From positions 108,502,001 to 108,566,000 of the forward strand of contig NC_045696.1 of the NCBI RefSeq assembly GCF_009834535.1: a DNA stretch of 64,000 nucleotides, written 5' to 3'. Positions within the stretch are counted from its first letter, which is position 1, and every line of letters begins with the position of its first letter. This stretch comes from Camelus ferus. Taxonomy: Eukaryota. The notes below the pieces were generated by a model that searched no databases, was not told the DNA's origin, and worked only from the letters and a program-made list of their open reading frames with translations. Positions 49,206-63,680 of the stretch are shown one piece after another. The translations under genes and the position numbers were made by a program.

Positions 49206-49460
49206 GGGGTGGGGAGCGGGGGTGGGATAGGGGTGTGGGGTGTGGAGTGGGGAATGGGGATGGGGAGTGGGGTGGGGATGGGGATGGGGATGGGGCTAAG
49301 GGTGTGGGGTAGGGAGTGGAGAATGGGGATGGGCAGTGAGGTGGGGGGTGGGGACTGGGGTTGGAGGTGGGGAGTGGGGTGAGGGTAGGGGTGTGGGGGT
49401 GGAGGTAGGGATGGGGAGTTGGGATGTGGGTGAGGATGCGGGGTGGGGAGTGAGGGTGGG
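49206..49460 (+). repeat. G-rich low-complexity repeat, roughly (GGGRTG/GGGGA)n
   Basis: About 255 bp of G3-G6 tracts separated by 1-4 nt, with almost no C. Confidence 0.9.
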
Positions 49461-50181
49461 TACTAGAAGAGAAAAGGGAGGAAAGCAGGTTTCTGCAGCC
49501 CAGTGGGACTGACCAGAGACACAGCAGGGCGCCTTGCCAGGGGTGTAGGAAGCCCTGCGGCCGGTACCTGGGCATGGAGGGTGTATCCAGGTAAGTCCAG
49601 GACACTAAAGTCTGGGGGTTCCGGCCCTCCAGCACCCCAACAGGCTCCTAGGGAATGGGAGTCAGTGGGCCTCAAACAAGTAACAAACAGAAAACCAAGG
49701 CCTTGTGTCGCTTACCATCTGACTGCTGTCACCTGTGATTGACTTTGCGTTCCTTATACTCGACTCAGACAACTAATTTTGCTTTTCGAACACCCTTCCT
49801 GTAATGAGGGCTAGAATCTGAGGTCTGCGGTGCTTTGACCTGCCATGATCTGAGCTCTAAAGACCTTCCTTTTACATAAGCTCCAAATCATGGCCATCCA
49901 TTTTTTATCCTTTCCATAAAAATTAGTAACTGAAAAATGTGTTCAACAAATCAAGCATTAACATTATATTTAAAATAGACACTTATAGGAAATGACTGGG
50001 TAGTGGTTACGGTTGATTCTTCTCAGGCAGCTCCTTGACTGACAGTCATTTCAGGCAACCTAATTTTGGTCTGGCTGGACTCAGATTGGAAGCTAACCTT
50101 GGATCCTCGCCTACAGCTGGACCTCCTCTTGGCTAGGACCCCTCACCAGCTTCAGGCCAGCTTAGTGTCAGTGGCTCTCAG

Positions 50182-50359
50182 CTGTGGTTCTCAAAGTGTG
50201 AAGCCTGCGGCATCACCTGGCAACTTTGTTAGAAAATGCGGATTTTCGAGCCCCACCAAAACCTACTGGATCAGAAACTTGGTAGGGAGAGCCCCGTGAC
50301 TTGGGTTTTAACATGCCTGAGGGCGATTCTGATGCCTGGCCCCATTTTGAGAACCACAG
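50182..50359. mobile_element. MER5A-type hAT element
   Basis: Termini ctgtggttctcaaag / ttttgagaaccacag are inverted; internal gcatcacctggcaactttgttagaaaatgc. Confidence 0.8.
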
Positions 50360-51449
50360 CCCTCGAAGCTGTCAGCAGAGAGCCATTTAGCCAGTTCCTG
50401 TCACTGCCCTCCCAGACAGCTGCTAAATTATTCTCTACAAGTTTCAGCTCCTTGCCAGATCCTCTTCCCTACCTTCCTTGACAAATCGAGGGAGAGAGGA
50501 AAAAATAGTTCAGCAGCATTAAATGCCTCAACTATTATATATAAAATCAGAAGGGAAGAATTTTCAATTTTTGAAAATGAAACATCCAACCTGCCAGCAG
50601 GTATTTCGAGCACTAGCTGTTGGCCATGTGTAGCATGGATCTACACACAATTGCCTCTTTTTTTTTTTACCAGCATTTTGAAGTCACAAACTGCCTTAGG
50701 GGAGAGAAAAGGAAAGCGGAGCTTCTAGTTACTAATTCAAGCTTCCACCAGAAAAGAAACTTTGGAAGAATGAATTTAAACTCAGTTTTTAAGTATGATT
50801 TCCAGACAAGCCCATGCAAGATCGGTTGTGGCTAATCCAGGGATAGTCAGACCATGGCCGGCGCTCCACCACCTCCTGACCCTGCACCCAGGACAGACAT
50901 TACTAATTGATCACAACCCTATTTCTCCTTCTCAGCAGAGTTCCCCAGGTACCCATTACCAGGCTACCAGCATTGGCAAATGAGATGGAATCTAATTAAT
51001 AGCCATGGTGCCCACAATACCTACTCCCTAGCTGGTAAGAGCAAATGAGTTTTCTCTTTACTCACAGCTTTTTGTGGTCATTAGACAACCATATACCTAG
51101 GTGTTACTTATTATTTCCTTCATAGAGCAGGCACAGATGATTTGCAATGCTAAATATCTTGGTCCTCATTACCGTCCTTCTTCAGGCAATAACTGATCAA
51201 GCCAGAATAGGAGGACCGGACCAAGGACGGGACAAGGGTGTTCTGGGAAGATCGTGCCCTCCCCAGGGAATGGGGGACAACTTTGTGGTACCATCACATG
51301 GGCATCCGAAAGTCTAGGAGAAAGTACCATCATTCTCAGCCAAGGGGCTTGGGGAGTCCAAGCTGCCAGACAGAGTTCTCTCTCAGGAGCAGTGTCCCTG
51401 TGTGCTTGGCTGCTTTTTTCCAGAACAGTAGTGAAAACGGCAGGTAGTG

Positions 51450-51710
51450 AGAGTTACCTTCATCAGACTAAGATCAACCATCTCTGGGTTTCAATTCTTG
51501 CTCTAGCATTAGCTCAACTGGCAGCAGGGCCTGTGGCAAGCTGTCCTCTAAATCCTTACCAGTTTACATACTCACATACACTCACACACACACACACACG
51601 CTAATTCCCAGGGCTAACCGAGCTATTACGAGGGTTTAATGAGACTATGCTTGTAAAGTATGTACACGGTGAGGGTTCAGTCCGTGCCAGCTATATTCAT
51701 TATCATTACT
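51450..51710 (+). mobile_element. MIR with an embedded (CA)n (~51570-51599)
   Basis: ctgggtttcaattcttgctctagc...gagggtttaatgagactatgcttgtaaagt. Confidence 0.6.
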
Positions 51711-52136
51711 GACGACATCTATTTGATTTACTGCTCTAGAAACCCTTCCTGCTGCGACTCTGCTCCAGTCTGAGGCGACCCTCACGCTGTCCATCCTCAC
51801 TCTGAATGAGCCCAGGAGAGTCAGGCTGGCAGGTGACTTTCTACCAAGTCATCCCCAAGAAACCCCTCCTCTTTTTCTAAGGCACAAGTGGTGGGCCTCG
51901 CTGGCCCGCTTGCCTCCGTATCCAGCACGAATTCCCTCCCCCCAGCTATCCTTACTCAGCCCTCTCGCCGCAGGCCTCCTCTCCTTCACGACAAGCCATC
52001 TGTGGAAATGCTGAACCGGCAGCTGCTGGAGTCAGGGGAGGATGTGTTTACAAATTAAAATACAGTTGGCATCTCTCCCCTTGGATGACACCTTCTGGTG
52101 ACACCCCTACCTATATTTTTGTGCATTTGTCATGCT

Positions 52137-52227
52137 CAGGGCTGCTACATACAGTTATATCGGTTGCACACTGCACAACCCAGTAGTGCTATTCATGCCA
52201 TAAGGCCCAATGATACCAGCAGCCCTG
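52137..52227. mobile_element. MER91-like hAT-Tip100 MITE
   Basis: Perfect 10-bp TIR CAGGGCTGCT...AGCAGCCCTG; internal ggttgcacactgcacaac. Confidence 0.65.
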
Positions 52228-53334
52228 GTTTATGCTCTGGGCATGTCTACAGGTCAAACCAATCAGAATTAACCAGTGGATCAGAACTCCACAGGTCAAA
52301 TCCTGGGGACTCCTATTAGATTCATGGTTACCAAGAGCTGACATTCTCCAAAGGCACCAACCTGATTGCCTGCCGCCCTCTCTCAAGCGACTTCAGTAAT
52401 TCCTATCACCGGCAGGAGGAAGAGGAAGGATCGGCCTTCCTCCTTCCACCAGGCCACTTCCAGCGCACTCACCACCTCTCTCTAGTCTCGCATGTGAAAT
52501 TACCTTGCGCCCTCTGCCGTGCCTTTCCATCAATGCCAGTCACCAAGCCCACCAGCCTCTCCATTTGCTGTGTTTGGATACATTCTGATTTAGATCAGTT
52601 GACTTGCTGCAGTGCAGCCTTCCTGAGCACCCTTGGTCCCAGCACTGGCCATCTCAAACTCTCTCCACATTTCCAAGCCCCACAACTGGTCTCCTTGCCT
52701 CCTAGTTCTGACCCACCCTTCCCCATCACCGCTTCCAGTCCAGTCTAAACACAGCATCTACCACCTTCTCCCCACCTCATTCCCACCACCCACCTTGCTC
52801 AGAACCCACCCGCTCAGCACTTCTACAGGATCAAATCCAAACCGCAGCCCCCAGATCTCTAAACCTCAGCCTGATTCTCCAGGCTTAATCCTTGAAACTT
52901 ACCCTCAGGAAACGCCTCCCCAGCAGCCTCCTCTTTGTTCTCACGTGCTGCGCAGAGCATTAGCCCATCCAAAGCCTCCACATCCTCAGGGGCCCTCCAA
53001 ACCTGCTTCCCTGTATCCTCTCTGGCCATCAAGCCTTTTCTTCTCCCACCTCCACGGCTACATGTTCTCTGGCCCCTCGTCTTAGCTCTGTCCCCTCCCC
53101 TCCTCTAGCGGAGTGGGACTGTGTCAGGCCATGACTTGTCGGGCCGGGATGGTTAGGGATTGAGTGTGTTTTCCAGTGTCCACCACCATCACAGGCAGGG
53201 AATCAGTGTTTCATGAATGAGGATCTTCTTGAATTCTGAACTTAATCCTTCCTGCCACAAATGCAGCCCTTTCCTCTGGGTCTACACTCAGCAGAAACGG
53301 GCCAGTTCCTCTGCAACCTCTTTGAAGTTACCTT

Positions 53335-53553
53335 GCACGTTGGGTGTCCGCGTAAGCATTCAACAACCAGCTCCCCAGAAAACAAAGAAACAAATACCCC
53401 TGATTTGTAGCATTTGCCGATTCTCAGGGTATAAACACTCCTCCCACGGCTGATGTCAAACTACCAACACGATGTCACTGAACACGGGGCTGGAAACAGA
53501 GGCACACTGTTGGCTCTCGCGAGACAGAGCAAGCTGGCTGCAGCGCATGACTG
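53335..53553 (-). mobile_element. MER63A-like hAT-Blackjack MITE
   Basis: ccctgatttgtagcatttgccgattc...taaacactcctcccacggctgatgtcaaactaccaacacgatgtcactgaac...ggctctcgcgag. Confidence 0.8.
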
Positions 53554-56198
53554 CTGGAAGGTCACGCTCGTTTCCCTCCTTAAGTCATTTAATTTCCCTC
53601 TTCCATCTCACTCTCATGAGTTTCACAAAAAGTGACTTTTTTTTTTTCACTAGTTTCTATCCTTGAACACTCAGGCCAGAGGCGATCTCCTTGGTGAAGT
53701 GTTCCTGATCCCCTGACTCACTCCCTGAGAAGCTGGACGCTGCTCTGTGTTGGCCCTGAACTTTGTACACGCCTGTGCTGGGAGCTGTGTGAATCAGTGA
53801 GCACACGCCTGGTCTGTTTGTCTCTAAGACTGTCAGACCTCAGAGCAGGGCGGCTGTCTTCTCACCTCTGGGACTCCACATCCAGCATGCAAAAAATATT
53901 CAATGAGACTGTGTTGAGGGATGGAGGGAAGGAACAGAATGAAGGAAGGAGAACTGATTTCCAATTCTTCCCATGTTGTGTTACCATTATCCAAGCCAGA
54001 GTCTAACCCCTGCACTCAATCTGCCAGGTGGCGAAGGGAAATATTGCCAATTACACTGTATACCTTTCACCTTACAAAATTCTTTTTTTTTTTTAACTTG
54101 ACCTTTACATCAGCTCTTTCAGCACAATGTAAAGTCAGTCTCAGTGAGGCAGGGCGGGGGCCAAGCAGGAGCAGTGACGGAGGAGAAAAAGAACTGGAGA
54201 GTGAAGGCAGGTGGATGCCAGCCTGGAGTGTCTCCTGTTGAAACTGCATCAAGGGACGCAGAGTGAATTAACCACAGGGATTAGCTTTGCAATTTCTGAA
54301 ACACGAGCAGAGGGGTGTCTGGTAGAGGATGATTAGCAGCAACTGGGCAGAAGTCTTTATTCCAAGGTGCTGGGCATCTTATAAATGGCTAAATGTATCA
54401 TCCCTGCCCAGGACAGCGTGAGCCATGGTGAGGACCGAGCCTTCTCTGAGCAGAATGCACAAACACGGCAGCATCAGCAAAGGCGACACAGAGATGGAAG
54501 GCGAAGGATGGAGCGGGGCCATGATTGTCCTTTTACAGGCGGCCAGCAGTGGGTGAGCTTGCGGCAAGTAGCAATTCCCCAGGTGGGTCATAAAGTGAGA
54601 AGGCTCTTTCCTTCTCCCCGGACAAAGGCGGGAAGGGGGCTGACATGTGCTCTCTGGGATGAAATGCAGTCCTGAACACGCTGCGCTAAGCTCATGACAT
54701 AAATAACAACATTAAAATCACTAGCACCACGGCCACATGACACAACAATGAATAATGTGGAGGAACAGGGTGCGGGAGTGAAAGAGCTCTTCCCCAACAC
54801 GCTTTCAACTGTACTGGAGAAACCTGAGCTCCTACGAGTAATCCGATTTATCTGCTATCCAGCCTTCCAAAGCACGATCCTTAGGTATGTCAGCATCTAA
54901 GGGGGAAGAGAAAATTATCTGCACAGAAGGGGAAGTCATGGTTCAGTAACATATGTAATGAAAGTCAGTGGGAAATCTGTACAGACTCCTGTGGACCAGG
55001 TTATGGTCAGCTGGTGGGGACTCGGGAGGGGCTGGCAGCAAGAGAGTGGTGTGTCCCCACAGGGAGAGTCCCGGTACCCACCACGGTGATGCTATGAGGT
55101 TGGAGCTCTTTAAGAGGGAAACCAGAGCATGAAAATAGTGGCTTCGTGGGGCAAGCTTTCAAATGTGACTTCCAATTTCACAGATGGCTTTTTGACCTCT
55201 CAGTGCATTAAGAGAGGCAGTGAATGGAAGGACGGTGACTTTCTCCCTAAAGATAATATATGGAGTAGCTGTCTGTAAGACTTGGACTCAACGTATTTTA
55301 TGGAGCAAAAATATTATTGGAAGTGGCAACCCCATGGCCTTCAAAATATCGATGTGAACAAAGCACTTCCAGACACAGGAGCTACAAAGAAGGCTACAGA
55401 TGTGAGTGAAGGGATCTTGAACAATGGCTACTATGATTGGAAGAAGAAAAGACAAAGAATGTTGTAGAAGGAAACAAAAGTAGGAAAGAGGACACAAAGC
55501 AAACACATTTTTTAAAAAAGATTCAGAAAAGACAGCAGAGGGGGCAGTAAAGAGATTACTTCCAAAGGAACGGTATTTGGAAATATTTTATTCAGTTACA
55601 TGAATAAGGCTGGATCCATTGCCCATCTGACTCAACTAGTGCTCCATTAAAGGAAGATGAAAATTCTAGCTCAGTCTTGAGATAAAATTCCCTGAGAGCA
55701 TCTCAGGCAGTTAGTTCTCTGCTGGGCTGGGTTTCTATTCCAACGCAGTAAAACGGATGAGAGCACACATTTCTTGGGACTAAAATTTGTCTTCTGTTAC
55801 CATCCATATCATAGATCTTTTTTAGGAACTATGGCTATGGATGGGTTTTCTTCTAGAAACAGTGGTTCTTCTTCAGTTCCTCATGGTCTGTCTCCAAATC
55901 CATGCACGTTGCAGAAGGAGAACTGAATGTGTGGGAAGAAATCTTGGCCCAGAACCATGAAGATACCAGTGTCGGTGAATGCAATACTGGATCTGGCTTC
56001 TAAAAACTTGCATTTCTTTCAAAATCTTCTCAACTGATTGCCCTACGTCTCTCTCCTTATCTGCGTTTGGTGGTCCACTTTCAGAGCTATTTCTGAATCT
56101 TTTAAAATTAGCACTGCCTTCTCTGCAACAAAAAATAAGCTTGGACACCATGGACAAGATCCCCAAGAGATCCCTAGACACACACCATAGGTAGTTTA

Positions 56199-56435
<237 letters not shown>

Positions 56436-58199
56436 TTATTGGAGGAGATAAGCAGGGTTAACATCCCAAAGAGGACACGGTGGTCATTAAGCGCTGGCTG
56501 ATGTCCCCAGGAGAAGGGTATGGTTTGAGGGGACGTCTCTCCTGTACATCAAGCTGCCTCTCTTTTCCTTGCTGGACCACCCCATCTCCCTTCCCTCTGG
56601 GCCACACTAGCCTGGTTCTCTGTCCTCTACTTCTCCTCCATATTTCCTTCTGTGTTTGAGCTCTTGATGAAATGTGGAGCAGATTACTTATACGTGACAG
56701 ATCGGGACCAGTTCCCACACCGGGCACTCACAGAAGGCAAAGAAGCTGATTGATGCCAACCAAATGCATTAGCAGAAAAGTGGTGGTAAAATGGTAGGGT
56801 AGATATCAATATTTATCAACTTGACAACTTTCCTGAGTGGAGGCCACCGTTAAGGTTATAACTGACGGCTGTGTCCAGGGCTGGAAGAAGGATGAGAATG
56901 GATTAAAAAAAAGAAAAAAAAAAAGAAATTGCTATTAGAAAAACCTCAAGATAGGAGTGCCAAGCCAGGATACTGGAAGAGGAAACGTGGAAGAGTATAG
57001 AAACACTGAGAAAGATAGAAGAGGAAAGTCTACAGAGAAATAAATGAGGTGGGATGAAAGAAAAATGGTTATTGAACCCCCATGCCTTCAAACACACTGA
57101 AGTATGAAAAGTGAATAAGATGGTAAATGAGAAATACATAAAGGAATATGGACTTTGTCACTGATGTTTACAGGGGCAAGATAAATAGGTCTGCATGGGG
57201 ACAAAATAGAGAATTGTCATTGCAGGAAAAAAATGCATTCAAAAAGTGGAGAGGGGACAAAAGAAGGAAATGGAACCCAAGAAATAAATGGATTCATCGC
57301 AGTATCATTTTTCACCACGTTGGATGTGTCATTAGGCAAGTATGGAGATTGTTTGCCTGGCAGTAGTGTGGTGGGAGGTGGGCTTCAAAAGCTAAACAGC
57401 ACAGTCTAGCATCACATCCTTGGGGAGAGTAGCCGTTTTCTCTGCCCGCAGCTGCTGTCTGGTTCGTGGAAGAGGCGGGTCAGCAGGGCAGGCGGGTCTG
57501 AGACAGCACGAGCGCTGTGCTTGCAGCTGGGGACCAGGCTGAGGCTGGACCTGAGATTCCCTGAGCTCCGCCCTCTCAGCGCACACGCCCCACTGTGGCT
57601 TCTTCTCAGTGTCTCCCGGCCCTGAGCACATGGTCCGTCCAGTTTTGACATCGTTCATCCCCAAAACTTCTGATGACTCTACAGCTTCCCCAAATTAATA
57701 TTGGCCTGGTCACCAATTCTGTCCGGGATACAATCCAGAGAGAGAAGGAAGATGCAGTAGAGAACTAAAGAGGGTATTTTTTTAAAGCCAACGAGAGCCA
57801 AATGCCCTGCCCAGGGGAATTGCTTTTTCTGATAGTTGGGTTATTCCCAGTCATGAAATAAAATCACTCGTGCTGTACTAGGCAGCTTGCTTTAGAGTGG
57901 TCTGCATCATCCTAGAATGCTCGTTGGAAACTTGGAGTTGACAACGTTGACTCTGGAATCTGCTGATTGAAATTTGGACAAACCACATCCTCAACTTTGT
58001 AAGAGAATGTTCTAGTCCCTGGAGGATGAATGGATGAAGAGAGAAAGAGGAGATTTTACTTTAATTTCATTGGGCACAAGGGAAGGAACACAGAGATGGG
58101 GGTTCATCTCTCTCATGTGGTGTAGAGATCAAGTGAAGAGCAGGAGGGACTGGAACAGATGGAAAGCCTAACAATGCAGACCAGCATCTCCGGCAGTCG

Positions 58200-58680
58200 T
58201 CTTTGGGGTCTCAACAACTTGAGACAAGGTTTTGAAAGCAAGTGGCTTATCTGGGAGGTGGTCCCAAGAAGTACTTGCAGGTGAGTGGGGAAGGAAGGTG
58301 GGGAATAGGCAGCCTATCAAAGGTGTGCTCTCATGGCACTTACACTGTGGGTAACTGACACAGGTAACCGACACAGGCTTAAGCCCCGCCCCCTCCAAAG
58401 CTCTGAAAGCTGTGTGGGTACCACATGCTTCAGAGTTGCCCACCCCAGGTGGAGGGAGCTATAGTGTTACCAACAACTCCCATCAGTCATTGGCTGGGAG
58501 CTGCTTGGAAGGCTGTGCAGGTGGGCAGGGAGGCTGGAAGGTGAGAGAGTGTGCTTAGGTGAAGAAATGCAGATGTGGCAGATGGAAGTCAGCCAGTGGA
58601 TGCTGGACAGCTGAGGGCAAGAGATGAGGCCACGGCAGACCCACTCAAACAGGGCAGCGGGTCAGTGTCAACAACCTGTG
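58200..58680 (-). mobile_element. Old MaLR LTR (MLT1K/L-like)
   Basis: ttgagacaaggttttgaaagcaagtggcttatctgggaggtggtcccaagaagtac...tcagtcattggctgggagctgc. Confidence 0.65.
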
Positions 58681-58707
58681 ACTTTCTCCTAGTTCTGGGC
58701 TGAGATG

Positions 58708-58748
58708 AGAGGAGGTTGAGAGCCCAGAGGAGGTTGAGAGCCCAGAGG
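58708..58748. repeat. 18-bp tandem duplication (2.3 copies)
   Basis: agaggaggttgagagccc x2 followed by agagg. Confidence 0.9.
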
Positions 58749-59449
58749 CTGGGATCCAGAGGTGAGGTCAGAACCCCAAAGCCTCTTTGCAGCCTGGCAT
58801 TCTGCAGCAAGACCACATACATCTCTTCTAACAATTTTCTCTTCTGCCAACAGAGGAGGGAACACCTTCCTCCAGGGACAGTTGCAATATTAAAGACCAT
58901 ATTGCAAGTGACACACTAACACAGTGCCTGATGCACAGGGAGGGATCACAGACTGATATATGCTCGTGATTGTTATCTGCAAGTTGTTCTAGGAAGTGTC
59001 TGGGGAGCTAGGAAGAGGAAGATAGAGGGGTGGGCAGTGGGGGATGTAAGCCTCTTAAGGTCATATTAGTTACTTTAAAAATAACCACCTTGTTATTTTG
59101 GATCAAGAGCTTTTAAACGATGTATGCTAAGCTGTCCTACAGGACCTCTTCCATGGAAACTAATTAAACAATCTAGAATGTGCTGTAATGAATGGTTTTC
59201 AAGTGAAGACATACGTAAGGATGAATGAGAAAGGATTCCGAGTTAATGAGCTCCACAGATATCGGCCCAATCAGTTCTGGGAAGGAGCTATTCCCAGAAG
59301 AGAAAGGCCGTTCTCTTGACGGTGCCAGGATTCATTTAGGCCAGTGGCGTGCAAGCAGGCACACCTACGTGGGAAAAAAGTTCACGCTCTGATGACTGTG
59401 CAGTTTATTCAGACAGATGTGCTACCTCGCTGGCTTGTGGAATTAAGGA

Positions 59450-59500
59450 GTGTGTGTGTGCGCGCATGTGTGTGCGCATATGTGCATGTGAGAGTGTGTG
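59450..59500. repeat. Alternating purine-pyrimidine tract (TG/CG/CA), Z-DNA-prone
   Basis: gtgtgtgtgtgcgcgcatgtgtgtgcgcatatgtgcatgtg. Confidence 0.75.
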
Positions 59501-62500
59501 TTTGTGCACACATGATATCTCAACGGCTGCTCTGGGTCAGGGGCTTTGGTCACTGCCAAAGCCTTTCACAAGAAGCCAGGGAGGGGCAAGGAGCCTCGGC
59601 GTGCTGATGCAATGCCAGTTTCAAACGTCCTGCATCTGTGCAGGCGTAAGAAATCAGACTTGTTTTCCCTGAAATTGAGGAGCACGTGCACTAATGGCTC
59701 CCCCGCATCCACCTCATCTCGGGATGACGCCTCCCTCCAGACCTGTCTCCCTCATCACAGCTAGCCTTTTCCAAGTCCCAGAAAATGATGAGAAAAAAAA
59801 AAAAAAAAGAAGAAAAAAAATGCCTTTAGCTAGGCAGAACAGGTCATTTGTCTTTTGGCTCATTTTGTGTTTCTGCATAAATCCTGCATCAGCCTGTTCC
59901 TGCTCCCACTTGCCAGTGAGCAGTTTTTAATTATCAGGGAAATGGTATTTTGTGCAATGAATCACCAGACAGTGAACAAGGAATTCAAGTCAGCTGTGGA
60001 GTCAGGCACAGCCAAACATTTGGAGACAGGGCTCAGAAAATGCTCTCAGATTGTTGAGTGTTGGGGAAATAATATTAATGGCCGTTATAATAATATCAGA
60101 TGTAATATAGCTCTACAATGTGAGACTTTTTATAATGCTCTGCACAATGCTTCCTATTATTATTAGTCTTAATAATCTATATTTATAATATTTTATAGTT
60201 CCTGGTTATTTTCATTATTTTTAACATGGGTTACATACCTTTGGCACAAAAATAGTAAACTGACTGATGGTGCCGAGAGAGAGAGAAAAAATCTTCAATT
60301 TTATGATCGTCTAGTTTACTAATTTCTATTGAAGATCTGATTTGCAGATACGTTTGTTCTTTGATCTCAAAACTCATTTATGCCAAAGCTTTAAAAGACC
60401 ATCATCTCAGGAGATCTGCAAAATCTTAAACATGAACCAAGCCTTTAAATGTATTAGGTTTGGGGAGAAATGATTTGGCTACCACCCAGAGCCTTCTTGC
60501 TTGGCATGGAGCAGTCCTTGAAGCAGAAGAAACTCCTGGCCGTTGTCGGAGACCTTGCATCAGTAGGTCAGGGTGCTCCCAAAAGGGAAGAGACTGGGAC
60601 AAATTCTCACTGCTGGAAATCATTAGGGTGCATCTAAAAAGTCAGCTAGGGATGTTTACAAGTGCCAGGGTCTCAGGGCAGAATAGCACGGGCCAGGAAA
60701 GGGACAGTCCTGAACAGTAGGTGACATTTGGGTATGAAAAATGAAGGAGAAGATGGAAGGCTGCCATTCAGCCCTCTCGCGAATTGAAAAAGTACAAAAT
60801 CAGTTCCAAGGACATCTTGTGGGTCCATGGAGTTCACAACTGCCTGTGAGGGAGGCTTCAAGGGCGCCCGGAGAAGCCCAGTGCTCCCCATCCCTGGAGC
60901 CTACAGCCAGGTCCCGGAGCTAGTGCATTAGCTTGTTTCCAGCTGTCGGTATCTCATGTCCCAGGAGGTTTGAGGGAGCCATGGGAAGTGGGAGTCTGCC
61001 TCCTCGTTCCCCATTCTGGATCCAAGGCAGACTTTGTCATATCTGTGACTCACCTAAATTTGGTCCAGATATCTAAGCACAAGAGAGAAGCTGTTTAGAG
61101 ATCGGCACCTGAATTCCGGTCCCCGGGAGGGACCTCATCCAGTCCCCTGCCTCAGGACGTTGATTGCCCCTCATTTTCTCAAAGTGGACAAGACACCCAA
61201 CTAGCACCGTGCTAGGGGCTGTGGCAGCTACAAAGAAGACAACACTCATGGAGTTCCCTGAGACACGGAATAACTGGAGAACAGTGCCGGAGAGTTTGGA
61301 ATGAGGATCCCACATCTGGAAACAAGCTGTAAATGCTGCAGAAACCAGAGAAGATGGAAGACAATGGACACCAGTCTTCAAGGTCAGAGTCCTAGAAGGA
61401 CAAGTGATGTGGTCCTTCATCGGAGGGGGAGAAGGCTGAAGCTCAGAGACACCTGCCCTTGCATGAGTGAAGAGAGTGTGGCCAGCTTGAACGTGGAAAG
61501 CAGCAGGGTCTGAGGTGGACCAGCGCTGATTTGCTAGCATGGGAGGGACTTGACCACCAAACAACGGCATTGGGATTGATGCCATCGGACACACAGAGCT
61601 GACAAGTGTTCCAGCAGCAGGGAAGGGATGTACTGAGAGGAAGGCATCGGGGAGTTCATTTCGCAGGCAGCCTGCAGCATTCACACGCACTGCTGTGGGG
61701 AAGGGGCTGGGGGCTGAGAAAACAGCTCTGGGGTGGCCGCTGTAATGAAGGTGCAGAGTTTTCAACCAGAGCACCACAGTGACAACAGCAAAAGAGGCAA
61801 GAGAAATTTCAGAGGAAGAACTGACAGCACATGGTGAGCAATTAAAGATGAGGAATTAAGGAGGGACCAGAAGAATCCAAATCGGTGCCAAGGCCTCCAG
61901 AATCCTGCTCCTATGAACCAGGTAATGGACTTTGGGAAGGAAACCCTATTGTCGGGGAAGTTTGCACACATGGTGTTAAATTTTGAATGCACAGGTGAAA
62001 TGTGCAAGTGCCTAGAAGCCAGTCCGGAAACTCAGGATGGAAACAGAGCTGAAAGACTGGATCTGGAGATGTGGATGTGGAAGACACATGAATGGGAGTT
62101 GAAGCTGTGGATGTGAAGGGCTGAGGACTCAGTTCCTTAGATTAAAGCTACAGGAAAGGCTCTAAAAAGTTTGCTCTGCCTGCTTCTTAGGGCCAAGACC
62201 GGAGCAATGGGCGGTTGTCTTTTTCTATAAAAAATTGGAGGTGCTGGGTGCTCAGCCAGGGATAGAGGATGAATCCAAGAGCGGGAGCCCCAGGGTGGAG
62301 GAAAAGCACTGAGTCTGAGGAAGACTGTTCTTCCACCTTCTGTTTGGGGTTTTCACCACACTTTAAAATTTGTTCTTAAAACCGCAGCTACTGTCTACCA
62401 CGTGTCTCCAGAAGAAGGCAAGTGGGCCACAGGCTCCTTGCTATTGAGGAAGATATTTCAGGAGAAGAAGTTTAGTATCTCCCTGCTTCCTGGGTATCAA

Positions 62501-63459
62501 TTGACCAGAACAGGCAGGTCCTTCCAGTCAAGGCCCACTGTTTCTGGGCAACTGGCACCCTGCCAGGAAGCTGAGGACAACAGTGAAGGAGCCGGGGACT
62601 CATAGAGTTAACCTAGTTTTTAGAGACTCTGGCTTGGAGCCAGCAGCCGACACACGGGTGAATCTAGCTCATTAAATTTATTTGACATTTAATAAGCACC
62701 CACTGAACACTCAGCCACCTTTTGCACCTGGGGGCCTCTCCTCCTCTTCCCACAGGCCCTCATTTACTCCTGCTCAGTGACTAACGCTGCTGTTACCTCC
62801 AGGAGAAGCAGCCAAAATTTCCCCGGTCTGTCCCCCTCGTCCCGGCACACCTGTCCTTCACCCTGGTGTCCAAGGTGATTTCCAATGGACAGGATGCTGT
62901 GTCCTCTGCAGTTCAAAAACATCCCTGCTACACAGAGTCAAGAAAGCCGGGTGTGGAATCTCGGACCTAGATGTGTTTCTGGGTCGCATCAAGTCCAATC
63001 TCCTCCCTAAAGCAGGAATCCTCTGTACAGCATCCTTCACTGACAGCTGTCTCTGCAAGAGCAGAGGGCTCACCTCCCTCCCCACAAGCAGCCAGACTCT
63101 GTGTTGACAGTTCCAGTTTTGGGGGGCAGTGTTCTCGCACTGAATCAAAGTCTGCCTCCTTTGATCTTTCACTGACAGTTCCATTTAACCTCACAAACGC
63201 AGCAACTGCATGATGGTGTCACGCCTAATGGTGACCCCCAGGTCCCTGCCTGCATTTCTCTGGCACCAAACTGGCTGGTATCTCTGGGGTAGCAGGTCAG
63301 GACTTGGCACCCTCCATAGGCAGGCTGCCTTGCTGACAAAGTCCTTCTTGACGGGGGGACCCCAAGAGCCAAGAACATCCCTCTAGACGTGTTCTTACCA
63401 GCACAGAGGACAGCACGTCTATGTATTACCTCCTCTGATCTGAACTTTCATTGCGACCA

Positions 63460-63680
63460 CAAAGGCAGACAGGCCTGAATTTAAAACTTTGATTCTTGCA
63501 AATCACTAATTCCAAGACTCTGAACAAACAGGTTACTTGGCCTCTTTGAGGCTCTGTTTCCTCATACGCAAAATCTACTTTATTGGACAGTTACGAGGAT
63601 TAAATTAGTTACCTTAAAGTGACTGTGCTTAACATAGTAACTGCTCAAAACTGGAGGATTTTAGTAGTATTATTCTGCAT
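63460..63680 (+). mobile_element. MIR SINE
   Basis: ggttacttggcctctttgaggctctgtttcctcatacgcaaaat...gaggattaaattag. Confidence 0.7.

Noticed and set aside
49084..49635. Pro/His-rich 183-aa ORF
   Set aside because: Simply the translation of the C-rich strand of the G-rich repeat.
55240..55560. Possible ancient RTE/L4-type LINE endonuclease remnant (..VAVCKTW.., ..NTFFKK..)
   Set aside because: Only two short motif resemblances. It needs a Dfam search, so it is not called as a feature.
61073..61777. 234-aa minus-strand ORF
   Set aside because: No protein family motif and no clear exon structure. The region looks like decayed repeat or intron.
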